Shown here: piece after piece, positions 12,935-27,124 of the stretch
How the letters are laid out: each line of letters opens with the position of its first letter
Position numbering within the stretch: the first letter of the stretch is position 1
NCBI RefSeq assembly: GCF_036321535.1
Contig: NC_087437.1
Location: forward strand, 92,010,001-92,074,000
DNA from: Camelus dromedarius
Lineage: Eukaryota
Direction of reading: 5' to 3'
Length of the DNA: 64,000 nt
Program-made: the position numbers and the translations under genes
Notes under the pieces: generated by a model
Databases searched by the model: none
What the model was told of the DNA's origin: nothing
Seen by the model: only the letters and a program-made list of their open reading frames with translations

Positions 12935-15150
12935 AAGTTTTTCCAGTATCATTTGTTGTAATGATTCTCCCTTCCTCATTGGTTGTTTGGAAAATTTATT
13001 GAAAACTGGTTGACTACCTAGTCATGGGTCTTAGTCCTATACCATGAATTCTGTTCTCTTGATTTGTATGGGTATACTCTTCTTAATGATACACTATCTT
13101 GATTACTTTAAATTTAGAGTAAAATTTCAAATTGAATTGTATTATTTTCTCCAATTTTGCTCCTCTTTGAATTGTTTTTCCTAGGATGACTGCATTTGAA
13201 TTCAATGCTAGAATTTTTATTGGATTTTTTGAATCTACATATCTACTTGTGGAAAACTGACATGTTAACACTGAGTCTCCCATTTCATTACAAGAAGCAT
13301 TTCTTCATTTACAAAATTATTTTCTCTTAATAGTATTTTGTATTTTTTAATATGGAGGAAATGCACCTCCATTTTTTTTCAAATTTATTGCTTCTTATAT
13401 CATTATAAGTCGAATTGTTTTTGTGTTTACAATTGTGTCTTTTTTAATTTATTAACCAATAAATCTACTACTTCCAAACCTTTTTACGTCTTTCTGTGTT
13501 TTGCCATTGGTACTCTATGTCATATCCCTTCAGCCAGAGAAAACTGGCTTTTCTTGTAGGACAGGGCAGGACTACTGGCAGCAAATTCTCCAAATTATGT
13601 TTACATAAAACCAGCATCCTTTTGCTCTTATTTTAATAGATAATTTTACCAGATATAGAAATTCTGGTTGGCAGTAATTATTATTACCATTATTACCTAT
13701 TGTTATTTTCAGCACATTGAATATGTCATTTTTATGTTTTCTGGCCTCACTAATTTCTGATGTAAACTCAGTCATTAATTGTAATACTGTTCCCCAATTT
13801 ACATAGAAAAATGTATTATGTATTTTTCCATAACTGTTTACAAAACTTTCTCTTTGTCTTAGGCTTTTAGTAGATTTGTTATCATGGGTTAGATATTATA
13901 TTTTTGTGTTTTATCCTGCTTGTGATTTATTGAGCTTCTTGAATTTGTAAATCATGTACTCTGACAAATTTACAAAAATTTTGGCCATTGTTTATTCAAA
14001 TACTTTTTTATACTTTTTCCCTTTCCTCCCTTTTTGGGACTCCAGTTATACACATTGGATACATATTTCCTCACATATCTCTAATGTTCTGCCATCTTTT
14101 TCTTTAACCATTTTTCTCTCTATTCTTTAGATTGTATACTTTTTCTTGATCTATTTTTAAGTTTGCTGACTCTTTATTAACCCAAATCTAATATTAAGCC
14201 AATCTTGTTATTTTTCCCTTCATGGTTACTATTACTTTTTAGCACTCGATTTATTTCTGCATAGTTTCCATTTCTCTGTTGAGATTTCCCATCTAGTCAC
14301 ACATTAAGGTCAGTTTCCATTAATTTCACACATGTCTATAATTATTTGAACATATTTATATAATAGTTGCCCTAAATTTTTGTCTTAAAATGAATTTATT
14401 CTGGGTCTACTCAGTTTTTATTGGTTGTCTTTTTAACTTGTTATGAATGACGCTTTTCTTCAATGTAGCTATTTTTGGTTAAAAACTGGACATTACAGAT
14501 CGTTTGTTGCTGTGGCTCTCAGTTCTGTTTTATGCTCTCAGTGGTTTTCTTGCCTTTAGGGGATTTATCCTTGATTCTCAGTTGTTTGACCCACCTCAAA
14601 ATCTGTCCTCTGACATCTCAAACTAGTGAAGTCTACTACAACCAGTTGCATGGATGGTGCAAAATTGGGAATTGCACTCAGGTTAAAAAAAAAAAAGACA
14701 AAATAGCAAAATCTCAGATTTCACTCCATGCAAGTCTGTCTTTAAAAAGTGGAATCTTCATTATCTTTTGGCCAAATGTTTACTTTCCCTCCTGCTGTCT
14801 TTCCCATGATGCTGAAGTTTAGATGACAGCCAGGAATATGGGCAAAGGCATATATCAATTTTGGTTCTTACTCTTACTGCCATTCTCTAGCTGCCACATT
14901 TTATCTTCCAAATTCTCAGTTACTCTTTTAACACTAAACTCTGTATACTGGAATCTTCAGTTGATAAAAATGAAGTTTTCTCTGCTTATTTTTTTTTTTT
15001 AAAGCCTTGGGGTTTGGGTAGAGCACTCAGGCCAGAAAGCCCTAGACTTACAATTCCCACTTCTAGTTGCAGTATTTTAAAGAATAAACTCTCCTCTAAC
15101 TTTATTTTAATTTTGACTCTTTTCTAGTTTTTTTTTTTTTTAAGTTTTAT
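12935..15150 (-). mobile_element. Very old L1ME-like element: ORF2 remnants (about 12935-13460), ORF1 and 5' region (about 13520-15150)
   Basis: ORF 13572-13775 gives an ORF1 CTD-like peptide (SEISEARKHKNDIFNVLK...CQPEFLYLVKLS). ORF 13083-13283 resembles late ORF2. Confidence 0.7.
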
Positions 15151-15614
15151 GTGGGAGGAATCACACTATCAGTTACTAGTTCTCCGAGTGTAAATTTTTA
15201 TGCCAAGAATCTTTTAAAATCTTCATTTACTTTGATTAAGCAGACATTAGGAGAATTTTCACCCAATAATAGTCTTCCAGAAATGAAAAGAAGGGAAAAT
15301 GGTTATGATCTAGAAGAATTTATCATTAAAATTTACTGAGAAAATAAGAAGAATGTACATACTACATAAAAACCAGTACAATGAGTTTTTAGTTGCCCCG
15401 CCTGAAAGACACAGTGCAAGGGGGAGTCTGTGAGGGCCTCCCTGGAGCTACACTGGGGCAATAGCCACTCTTCTCCCTGTGTTTCTGTAAGGCAGAGTCT
15501 GAAATGGTAACTTATGCCTATTACTGCTGACACCTCAAGATCTGCAGAGAAAGCTGTTATACTGAAGTAAGCATATAGATAAGAGAAGAAAAGGAGATAA
15601 AACATTTAGACACT

Positions 15615-16196
15615 CTTCTGTAATGCTGCCACCCAAGCCCCACTATCCCTTTCCTGAGCCTATTGGTTATCTTTCCACAGGTGCCCCTGGCCCTCTTCAC
15701 ATGCTAAGTTTGCAGTGCTTAGACCGCTCTTTCCTCAAAATATCTTGTAGAAGTCATAAGAATGCACACCTCAGACTTCTAACTTCAGACTGTGCAACTG
15801 AGTGATGGCTTCAGGAAATGCACTTTGATAACCCTCATCATGTTCACATAGAAGCCATGCTTCCTGTGGCCTACTTTTAGCCAATGATTTAGCATAGAAG
15901 AGATGTTCACGTAGACTCAGTCCTAGGAAACCCACGGCTTCACTGATGGGTAGCTTTGGAGGACTCTCTAATTTGCTGAGTTTTCTTAGGCCTACACTGC
16001 AGGCTAGGATATTGGGTCCCCTTCCTTCCTCCCTCCCTTCCTTCCTTCCTATTCTCCTTCATACAAAGTCAGACATGTATCATAGTCTAGTGGCTCTCAT
16101 AGCCTCTCCTGGCGCCCACCATATTGTCTCTGATACATACCTTGCACACCTAACCCTGTCTTGGTGTCTGTTTCTTGAAGGATTCAAAATAATACA
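15615..16196 (+). mobile_element. ERVL solo LTR, LTR16C-like
   Basis: 'gaagccatgcttcctgtggcctacttttagccaatga', 'tgatgggtagctttgg', terminal 'cttgcacacctaaccctgtcttggtgtctgtttcttgaaggattcaaaataataca'. Confidence 0.75.
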
Positions 16197-17127
16197 GATC
16201 TTGATCTATACCACGTGCCCTGGAAAAATTCCCCTGATGAGGTATATTTTATTTTTTATGTTAACTCTTTTCCTTCCCTCATCCCCCACATACAGGAAAA
16301 AAAAAATAGACTATAGAGAAAAGAACTGATGGGGTGACTAACTTGAAGGGAAAACATTCTAGATTTTGTTTACATTTCCAAAATACTGACAGTAAACCTC
16401 TCCGAATGCAGTGTAGTTGTTTAATTTTAGAAAAGCAATAGGACAATTACAGAAAAAAAATCTGTTTGGCAATTAATGAAATATACAGAAAATTAGTTCC
16501 TGAAATCTAAATATTAACAAAGGGGATGCTTGGAACACTTGCAATGAACTAAGATATACCTTATTCCTTTGATATTAAAGGGCACAATTATGTAATTTCT
16601 TCCTTAGGTATTTATTTTGAGGAAACAGTCTTGACTATTTCCTTAGTAACTTGTCAAAAAAATACCATCAAAAACCAACATGACTTTAAATGATGATATA
16701 AACATAGCACCCAAACTCTTTCTGTTTGGTTAAAAAGTGGTCATTCCTAGATTATCCAGACTTACTAGTATATTTTAAGGGTACAATAATTTTATAGATA
16801 ACTCAAGATAAACAAGAATATATTTGTAGATCTATAGGTACACATGGACCATAATTTGAAACAAATGTCTTAAACTGAGGACATTTTAAAATTCAAGCTC
16901 TTCATGATCTGGCTATCACTTCCTTTTTTTAACCTAATGTTCTATCTGAATGAGTGGGATGTTTAAAAAATAATAATACATGAGCCATTATATAGCCACT
17001 GAATATACATTATGAAAATTTTTATGGCACGAATGTAATTTTTGCTGAAAAGAACTAAAACCTTATTTAGTTATCTTAACATAACTAAAAATATTTAAAC
17101 AGTGGTAACCACTGTTGATGGGATTAA

Positions 17128-18925
17128 GAGATTTATACCTAGGTATTTTGTTCTTTTTGATGTGATTTTTAAATGGGATTTTTTAACTTACTTTTTATGA
17201 TAGTTCATTATTAGTGTATTGAAAAGCAATGTATTTCTGTATATTAATTTTGTATTCTGCAACATTGTTGAATTCATTTATTCTAGTAGTTTTTGGGTGG
17301 AGACTTTAGGGTTTTCTATATAAAGTGTCAAGACATCTGCAAATAGTGATAGTTTTAATTCTTGCCTTCCAATTTGGATGCCTTTTATTTCATTCTCATC
17401 TGATTGCTGTGGCTAGGACTTCCAATACTATATTAAATAGAAGTGGCAAGAGTGGGCATCCCTGTCTTGTTCCTGATTTTAGAGGAAAGAATTTTAGTTT
17501 TTCACTTTTGAGTATGATGTTAGCTGTGGGTTTGTCTTAACTGGCCTTTATTATGTTGAGACATGTTCCCTCTATACACACTTTGTTGAGAATTTTTATT
17601 GTGAATGGATGTTGAATATTGTCAAATGCTTTTTCTATATGTATTGAGATAATAGTGTGATTTTTATCCCTCCCTTTGTTAATGTGGTATACCACATTGT
17701 TTGATTTGCTAAATCAATCACACTTATGACCCTGAAATAAATCCAACTTGACCATGGTATATGGCCCTTTTTATATATTGTTGAATTTGGTTTGCTAATG
17801 TATTGTTGAGGATTTTTGCATCTACGTTCATCAAATGTATTGGCCTATAAGTTTTTGTTTTTTTTTTTTTGTAATGTCTGTTTTTTTGTATCAGGGTAAA
17901 GATGGCCTTGCAGAATAAATTTGGGAGTGTGCCATCATTCTCAGTTTTTTTGGAATAGTTAGAGAAAGGTAGGTATTTGTTTTTCTTTATATGTTTGGTA
18001 GAATTTCTCTGTGAAGGCATCAAGTCCTGGACTTTTGCTTGGAATTTTTTTTATTATTACAAACTTAATTTCATTACTAGTGCTTGATCTTTTCAAGTTG
18101 TCTGGTTCTTCATAATCAAGTCTTGGCAGGTTATATGTTTCTAGAAATTTGTCCATTTATTCCAAATTTTCCAATTTGAGGACATATAACTGATCATAGT
18201 ATTCTCTTATGATTTTTTTTTCTGTGTATTGGTTGTTATTTCTTCTCTTTCATTTATTCTGTTGTTAGTTTGGAACCTCTCTCTTTTCTTCTTGAGCATG
18301 GCTAAAGGTTTATCAATTTTGTTTATCTTTTCAAAAAAACAGCTCTTGGTTTCATTGATCTATTGTTTTTCTTGATCTCTATATTATTTATTTCCTCTCT
18401 GATCTTTATTACTTCCTTTCTTCTGCTGACTTTGGACTTTGTTCTACTTTTTCTAATTCTTTTAGGTGGTATATTAGGTTGTTTACTTGAGATTTTTCTT
18501 GATTCTTGAGGAGGGCTTGTATCTCTGTATACTTCCCTCTTAGAACTGTTTTTACTGTAGCCCATAGATTTTGGAGTACTGTGTTTTCATTTTCACTTGT
18601 CTTGAGGTATTTTCTGATTTACTCTTTGATTTATTTATTGACACATTGGTTTTTTAGTAGCATATTGTTTATTCTCCACATGCTTGCTCTTTTCTCATTT
18701 TTCTTTCTATAGTTGATTTCTACTTTCTTACTATTATTGTCTGAATGAAAATTGATATAATCTAGCCTCTTAAACTTGTGGAGGGTTGTTTTGAGGCCTA
18801 GCATGTGATCTATCCTTGAGAACATTTCATGTGCACTTGAAAAAAGAGTTTGTGTTCTGCTGTTTTGGGATATAATGGCCTATAGATATTTATTAAGTCC
18901 AACTGATCTATTGTGTCACTTAAGA
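17128..18925 (-). mobile_element. Internal LINE-1 ORF2 fragment (end of endonuclease domain through RT, with an internal deletion), frameshifted
   Basis: Peptides MFSRIDHMLGLKTTLHKFK, MDKFLETYNLPRL...KSPGLDAFTEKFYQTYKE and YRPIHLMNVDAKILNNTLANQIQQYIKR are canonical L1 ORF2p. No 3' UTR or poly(A). Confidence 0.95.
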
Positions 18926-21202
18926 CATTTTCTTATATTTTAAATTGTTTTCCAATTTTTCTAAAAATTTGTGCTGAAAATAATTTAAATTTATATTTTA
19001 TTCAATTTATCAAATGTCTGTCCCTCCAGAAATGTTAAAGAACAGGATACCAGTGATGTACTCAAGCATTTTGTAATCCAGTGATCACATTTCAAGAAAA
19101 TTTAAGTAATTCATGTTATTATTCAATAGGAAAATATGTATATTATGAGAATAAAAATGGTTGGGATTTTATAAGACAAGTTAATTGTGAACACATTTGC
19201 ACGTTACCACACAAATTTCTTTCACTGTGAACAATGTAAAGACAGAGAAATTTAATATCTCACAGGAAAACAAACATTTCTTTTCTCAAACATAAATAGC
19301 ATTTTTTACTGTTACAACAGAGTAGAAAGGAGGAAAACATGTGAGGCAAAATAACTATTCACAAAACATTATATTATCAGACCCCAGAAACTAATTATCT
19401 TATGAAAAATGTATTAAATTATATATTGTCTTGGTGGCAATTCACAAATGGCAGTATCCAAGAAGGCCAATAAAAATTCAGATACCTATTATTGGCATTT
19501 ACTATATTTCACTTAACACTGTTGCTATAAAACAAAAGTCTTGCTTTGGTTTGGTTTGGTTTGTTTGTATCTAGCTATTTGAGGATATTTTAACTAAGAG
19601 GAAAAATGTATTTTGATATTTGGACAGATAATCTTGTAAGTACTCCTGAGCAATTTACACTTTGCATATGTGAATCACTGAGCAAGGAAAGAAATAGCTA
19701 AGACATTAATAAAAATAATTGGATGAATTTTCTTGAAGTCTTATTCAGCTGTAGATACGACAGCTCAGCTCACTTGATGCAAACATAGCCTGCAGTGGTA
19801 GCTATATTACAAGGTCTGATTCAGACTGATAACTCAAAAAATCTCAGACAGTTCAACATTTACTTTAGAAATATCAAAAGCAATTAGGTCAAGAGTTTAG
19901 CATTTCATTAAAGAATAGTCTATTTGAACTTTTTACACACAGAAGAAAAAGATATGCAATCAATAGATATCTATTTTATTAAGCTCTGGAAATTCCTACT
20001 GAGTTTCTTTGAGAAATAATCAGAAAAGAAGAGAAATTAGAAAGTAAAAAATAATAAAATTATAATAAGAACATATTTTAGGATACAGTTATCTACTCAT
20101 TTCACTTTTATTTTCTTTTCTGCGAAGAAGTGAGTCACAAGCATGGGATAAAATTGGATATAGGAAGGTATGTTTCTACAACACAAAGTGTTATCTTAGC
20201 ACATCCTACTCTGAAGTACCTAAAAAAGTTAAGTCCTATGACTTAGAGGATTAAAAGAACTGGAAAACTGTCTTTCTATCAAAAGGGAAGCTAGAGCAGA
20301 GTTCCAAGATATGGTCATGTAGAATGCCATGACAGAAACATGCAAGATCCTAGCAAAATGGAGCAAATTCAAAGGAAGGAAGAGGGTAAGAAAAAGTTAG
20401 GACAACCACTAGACTAGAAAAATATGTAGAACAAACTCCCAAAGCCACTAAAAACTAAAGTCCACTGAATGGATAAAGCAAATGTTCTATATTATGCACT
20501 CATTATCAACTATGTTTATTTCCAGCTACAAGTTAGATGTGACATTTATGGTAAATGCCCTCGAGATTACACAGAGCACAAGAACCAGGTTATATGTGTA
20601 GAGTATAATCCCATCCTGCAAGGTGATTGACTAAGCCTGAACGGAAATAAGTCAGTCTTGCTCTACTATGTCATGTGAGCTTAGCATAAAAGCACAGAGG
20701 AATAGAATTAGATCCAAAATGAGCAATCATAATAGAGCTCACTTACCAGGAGACAGTCCTGGAGATATTGGTACAGTAAAAAGTTAAAGAAGTTTCTTTC
20801 ATCAGAAGCCTGGAACTACCCTTTCTTAGTGGAGATACTGTGCCCTTACCCTCGTATGCACTTCTACTGAATTATTAAGGAAAGTGTGACTGGTTGTTTA
20901 AAAAGTAAAGAAGTCTGGTAAGAAATAGCTGGAATGGAAAGGTGGGTACAGATAGTGCGAGTTTCAGCTACACTTACTCTGCAACATTCAGTTAAGGTCT
21001 GGAAGCAGCATATGAATGATTATCCCTTCAGGCTGAGTTATACAGGTCAGGCATAAAATGGAGGAACTAGTCCAGGGGATGGATGGGCAGGGGAGTAGAA
21101 AAAGAAAGAGGGTTACTCCAGTTTAGAGTAGAGCACTGGATTCTCCTCCAAAACCTACCTGGTGTGGTCTAAGAGAAATAACTATTACTATAAATATTAC
21201 TG

Positions 21203-21258
21203 TCAGTGTCAGGACTTGAACCTAGGCAACCTGATTCCAGAGGCTTAGTCACTACTCT
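21203..21258 (-). mobile_element. MIR fragment
   Basis: 'agtgtcaggacttgaacctaggcaacctgattccagaggc'. Confidence 0.5.
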
Positions 21259-23493
21259 CTCCTGACCAGAAATGTTTATCTCAAAACTTTGCTTTTTTGG
21301 TAGCACTACTTTCTAAAAATCAAGCCCTAGACAATTTGAACATTTAAGTAATACACCTCTGAGTAAAGGGTATTTTCAGTTTCCTTTCTGGCCAGGGCAG
21401 GAACAGGTACTGGACATTTGGAAATCTTCAGCCTAGAGCTTCAGTCATCTGAAGTAGTGGCAGTACCACGGAAAGCCTGGAGATGCAGTAGCATCCCCAG
21501 TTATCAAAGAGGCTTTGGATTTCAAGGTGTTGCCCAAATTATAGATTATCAGTGTGCATGTAGTTTCTGAATAGTTCCGCACCTCCTACCACCAGGACAT
21601 TGAGCTCAGGAGTTATAACCCTAAGCTAGACAAAGATTTGGAAAACACAGAATTCAACTGCATACCATCTTAACATTCCTAAGACTTAAATAGATAGGTA
21701 AAACGAAAAAAAAAAAAAAAAAAAGATCAAGGGTAAACAGATTATTTAAATCCAGTGAGGTACTAGAGACAATAGAGTTGGATTTTCAGACTCTAATTTG
21801 ATTTGGAAATCAAATAATAATGGCTCAAATATGGGGCTATTACCACCCATTTGCTTTTGTATTACAGTCCATAATATGATGAATGTACCATTCTCAGCAA
21901 GGAAATTAGGGTCAGAGAAAAATTGTGTTGATCAAAATTACAAATTATGGTACAGACTGAATCTGAGCAATAGACAACCTAAGGAACTTCCAAATTTTGC
22001 TTGAGGAGGCCAATCATTTTTAGGATCATAATTTTTTTTTATGAGTCAGTATTATTAACTCCTGGGATATTGAGAATTTAGTGCGGAAATGCATTAAAAC
22101 AAATTTATACTACTAGTATTTTTGTGTTAAGTTTATAAATCATGTATATTTACTGTTTAAGCACCTGTGATTTATTTTATAATTTTTGAAATTTTAGCAA
22201 ACTAATTTTATAATTCCAATTTTAATAACTGAGAAATTAATATAGATTTCCTAATATTATATTCAGAATTATAACATTTAAGAGAACTTATGCTTTAGCT
22301 TACCATATTAAATTTATATGAGTTATTTGAGTACTCAGTAAGGTTTTATTTGTTAATTAGACAATTGGAATACTTAAGAAGAAATTGAATATATTAAATT
22401 TATGGATGTAGTTTAAACTGTTGAAGGTATTTAATTAACCAGGTTTGTAAATGGGGCCAAACACTATTCAAAGCCCCATTAAAATGGGTGGTAAGATTTT
22501 ACTAGACTTAGAAATATATTTTTCATAAAAGCTTAAGGAAGAACTAGTTTGGGAATTTGTAACTTTAATAAATTGAACATTAGTCTTTGAAAACTAAGTA
22601 AACTCTAAATAATCTTCTGAATATAAAAACCTCCTTTGAGAACATAATGAATTTTGTAATGATATTTAATTTTGCAGTGTTTTGGGGTAATGCATGACAT
22701 GGTAGCTTTGCCTTATAGCTAACATTTCCCTCTGGTTCCTAATATGAACTCCTATTCAATTAATGCAAAAAATACTGAGCTAAAACTCAGCACTTGGCTT
22801 CAAACCCTATGTCAACCTTCTAACCATCATTCTTGGAGGACCTGATGGCTCCTGTAATCTTCAGAAGTTCACTGACTTCCTGCTTCAAAGTGAACAAACC
22901 ACGTGGGACCAGAACTTTTCCACCTGTTTATTAACTCCTTAAATTCTACATGCATGAAGGCATACCCTGTATAATTTCTGTGCCTGGATTCAAGAGAATT
23001 AATCCATCTCCAGTGTCACCAGCCTAGTCTAGTCATCTCTACCTTGACTGAGAATATACTAATGGTCACTTAGTTAGACTTAACTGGTTTTCTCAAACTT
23101 GTTTTTGATTAATTCAACACAAAATTAATTCTTCATATAGCTGAAGTATACTTTTTAATAACCCTTTTCTGTTCAAGATAGCCTCACATTTTACATTATT
23201 TAATTATTGCCTTATTTTTTAAATAGTAATTCCAAAATCTTTTGAGGACCTAAAGTGGCCTACAGTATTTGGCACACATCAACACCTCTAACCTCAATGC
23301 TTATTATCACATTTCTCCCCTCCCCGTTACTTTTGAAAAGCTCGAAAAACTATGCCTCCTAATCCTTTGACTAAATCCTCAATTTTTTTTTTGCACCTCT
23401 CCACCAACCATTTATACAAGTGTGCCTTCAGAGCTCTAACTTTGTGAATGTCTCCATGGTTGCATGTCTAACAAGGTTTACCAGTTGATTTTC

Positions 23494-24012
23494 TATTGGG
23501 AGTCAATTTTCCATAAATTACTCACATCCCTGAACAGTTCAGGCCTTCTAAGTAAAGGATGTATTTCAGTAGCAAACAGCCTTGGAACCTAGAGAGAGTA
23601 TTACCCCTCAGACAGACATAGAGATATACCAACCAAGGATGTACTAAACCATTGTACTAAAATTAATCATCTTCTCCTTTTTCGAAAGACAGTTGCTTTC
23701 ATTCTAGGATAATAAACCTACATGGGCTCCCTTCTCTCCTTCAGAGGTGATTGTTCTCTCCCCCTCTGTTTCTCTCCATTATCAATGGAAAAGAAGGTGG
23801 GCAGACGTGCCAGCAGACCCATAAAACTCATAGTCTCATAAAAATCCCATCCTGTGTTGCACCTTGATGCACATATAGAAAATATCTGGCCCTCACAGCA
23901 TCATCCTACAATAACTGGGGCATGAAAGTGGACACAAGATGCTGCTGTAGCTGCTGATTTCTCTGTGAGAAATAAACTATGTACTTGACCCAGAGGCCTG
24001 TGTTCTGTGCAT
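23494..24012 (+). mobile_element. ERVL solo LTR, LTR40-like, 3' truncated
   Basis: Start 'tattgggagtcaattttccat', 'agcaaacagccttggaacctagagagagt', 'gtgagaaataaactatgtacttgacccagaggcctgtgt'. Confidence 0.7.
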
Positions 24013-24026
24013 GCGTAAAAAAAAAT

Positions 24027-24090
24027 GTATATATATATATATACACACACACACAACACACATTATATATTAACATATTATATATATGTC
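24027..24090. repeat. Compound (TA)n(CA)n microsatellite
   Basis: gtatatatatatatatacacacacacacaacacacattatatat. Confidence 0.9.
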
Positions 24091-24889
24091 TGATATATTT
24101 CCTATTATATTCTAATCACTTTGAGCATCTTACATTATTTTGATTTTAATCCCTGGTTTTATGCAATGTCCCAAGAAAAGTTGCTCAAGGCATGCATGGA
24201 TAACTATATGTGTCTTCACAGGTATTAGGAATTCTTACCTAATCTATCACAGAGTACAGACATCCATAAAGACACAGCGTGTATAAAACTCAGTCCACAA
24301 ATTCAGGTATGCAAACAATATGACTTCATTTCTTCTCAGTCAAAATAATTCTGACTCAAAACTCACTTATCTGCTAGATTTTTGAAAAAATTTTTTTGGT
24401 TTTATGATGAGATCACCTTCATTCTCCCAGGGCCACATCAGAATGCTATGAAAATTGGGTCCAGAATTCTGCTATCTTGTCAACCAAAGTTTTCCCTGAC
24501 AAGTTCATTGCCTCAGCTCTCCATGGAGTCGGATAGCTTTTGGACTCCATGCCACATTGGGATCTCATAATTTTTGTAGGGCTCGGAAACCCCTCTGTCT
24601 AGGTCCCACACAGCCACTGCTTTGAAGTTTGCTGCCTCCTTTCCACCTCACTCTCAAAGAGTGACGGAGTCCAATACACCTAATACAACTTCATCTGTGG
24701 GCTCAAAATTTTAGAAACAAATTCAGAAAGCTCTGTGACAATGTGGGAAAGGTAGCTCAGTGATTGTGATATCTGCTAGAATGGGAGAAGATACTGGAAA
24801 AAATTATATATGTGTGTGTTTGTGTGTATACATATATATACATACACACATGTAGATAAATTGAAGACTAGGGAAAGAGACAGAGATGG

Positions 24890-25520
24890 AGACCAGGTGG
24901 CCAGGTCCCTGCTGCTTGCACCCTCTCCTCAGCTCCACATATGTGCACTTCAGGCCCTGTAGACTCTGGCCATTTAACACCTTGTCTCGACCTTCATCCT
25001 ATGCAGTGGCCTGGATCCACCCCAGCCCAAGCTGCACATACAAGTGTGCTAGGTTCATACAGAGTGAGGTCATTCAGTCCCCCAGTTTCAGCACCACCTG
25101 TAGCAGTGCCCTGACACCCTCATCCTGCCCATCCACCAGTCTCAGCTGGCATGTGCCCTGGGGTGTTGTTCCTTATGGTCGCTCAATGTCGTCACCCTGT
25201 GCTCTGGGTCAGAACCCTCAGTGGCACCCTCACTCCGTCTGAATACTGCCCACTGGCCTTGGTTCACCTGAGCCCTGGAGGCTTTTTCCTGGTTGCCCAG
25301 TAGCTCCAAACCAGCTCCTCAGTGAGCATCTCCTCCAGCCAGAGGGCAGTAACCACACCTTCTTCCGTGAGATCTGAAACCCCTTCTGAATTTGTTCTTC
25401 TTAAGGAACTATTCCCTTAGATCTAGAATATCCTTGAGCCTCTTTCCATCTTCGTATTCTCTTATCATAGCTTAATAATCTGTACATTAAATTTCCCAGG
25501 TTTAAATTAGTGATTGAACA
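24890..25520 (+). mobile_element. ERVL solo LTR, LTR41-like
   Basis: GC-rich island ending 'accacaccttcttccgtgagatctgaa...ttaataatctgtacattaaatttcccaggtttaaatta', matching the recalled LTR41 3' end. Confidence 0.65.
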
Positions 25521-27124
25521 CAGAATGGCATACTAGTCTTCTGAGATGGTTCCCCAAAAGCTAAATAACTGAATAACTACCCTCCCCTCCATCACTGACC
25601 ATAAATTCTGCAGGTATACTAGCACCTAAAAGAAACATCTCCTGCTAAGAATCCGGCCACAGTCATCTCCTGGGATGTCGTCTGATGACTTCCCTGAGAG
25701 AAGGTATAAGATGTATATTCAGACAGAAGGGACATGACAGATAGTCCTCCCTCTGGATGACTTCCCAGGTCTTAGAAATACTCCTTCTTCCAGGAGGCAA
25801 GTTGAATGTCATCTTACACATTTCTACATACAAAACACAGAAAAAGTGTAATACCAACACCTATGGGAAAATTAAGTGATCCAAAGGAAAGAAATGAGGG
25901 AAAGGTGATTTTCAGACCTACTGTCATCTACTTTTCAATAGATAAAAATGTATCAGCATTATCCATTAACCTTCAAATGGGTGACATAGTAAGAATAAGA
26001 ATTATACTTCATACAAATACTTTAAAAAATTAGTGTGATCAAATAAACCTATTTTTAATATGTTATCTTGGTTTCAGAAACATATTTGCCCTCTAAATAC
26101 TGAAATTTAAAGATTAGCCTAGCTAGTAGATAACTTTGGGATAACATACATAAGTAAGAGACATATACAGATATAGATATATTTCTAGATTATTTAAAAT
26201 GAAGAAAATAAAGATTATTTTCTGATTTAAATGGAAACTGAACTTTGTAGTTAAAACTATTTTCCTGCAAGTCATCAGAAACCTCATTATGAACTAGGAA
26301 TTATTTAATCTATTGTAAATTTATTTAGATTTATTTTCATCTAGCGATCAATCTCTGGGTAAATTTGCATAATTTAATGATAGGAGTGATTTCATTAAAA
26401 AGTACATTGAACTAAAATCATAGGACTAGGATAAATCCCCAATTGATTTGGATTTCATAAATTAAAGATAGGTGATAATATAACCAGTTTGAATATGTAT
26501 AATTAAAAATAAACTGTGCTTTAAAAATTAATGTATATGATGTAGCAGGAGAAATAAACTAGGAATGGGACAGTTTTCTAGTTCTTGGTAATATTCATTT
26601 GTATATGAATAGTATGTAAATATTTAGTGTTCACTAAAGTTGGATATCTGGCAGAACATCCTTATGTCAAGAAGCTATTAGTCATTTATTTGCTCTTGTT
26701 ATTTGAAATAAAGAAACAATACTACTTTTAATGCATTGCATACTTCAAACTTATGTTTACCCCAATTAACCTAAATTGGCTGTGAGATTTAATTACTGGC
26801 CTGATGATATTCGCACTGAATGCCACTTAACGCTTTACTTCAAGAAAAAGTCCCAGTTACACAGCACCAGTAAAATCTCATAGACATAAATTCATTTATC
26901 TGTAAAACACTGATACTATTTAAGACTTGTCTGAATTCAAAAATGTATTAATAATGTTAAATTGTATAAATACAATTTTAATACACTTTATGTTAAATGT
27001 GCTTTATTTTTAAATGTGGTGTTTCAGGTTTGTTTATCTTCCTTACCACTTGCAGTCCTCCCTCAGTATTCCTCCTCCTATACCAAATCTGTGGGGCTCA
27101 AGACCCTTATCTAAAATGGTGTAG

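Noticed and set aside
20540..21170. Possible old LTR
   Set aside because: The composition is LTR-like, but I could not identify termini, a TSD or a family, so it is not called.
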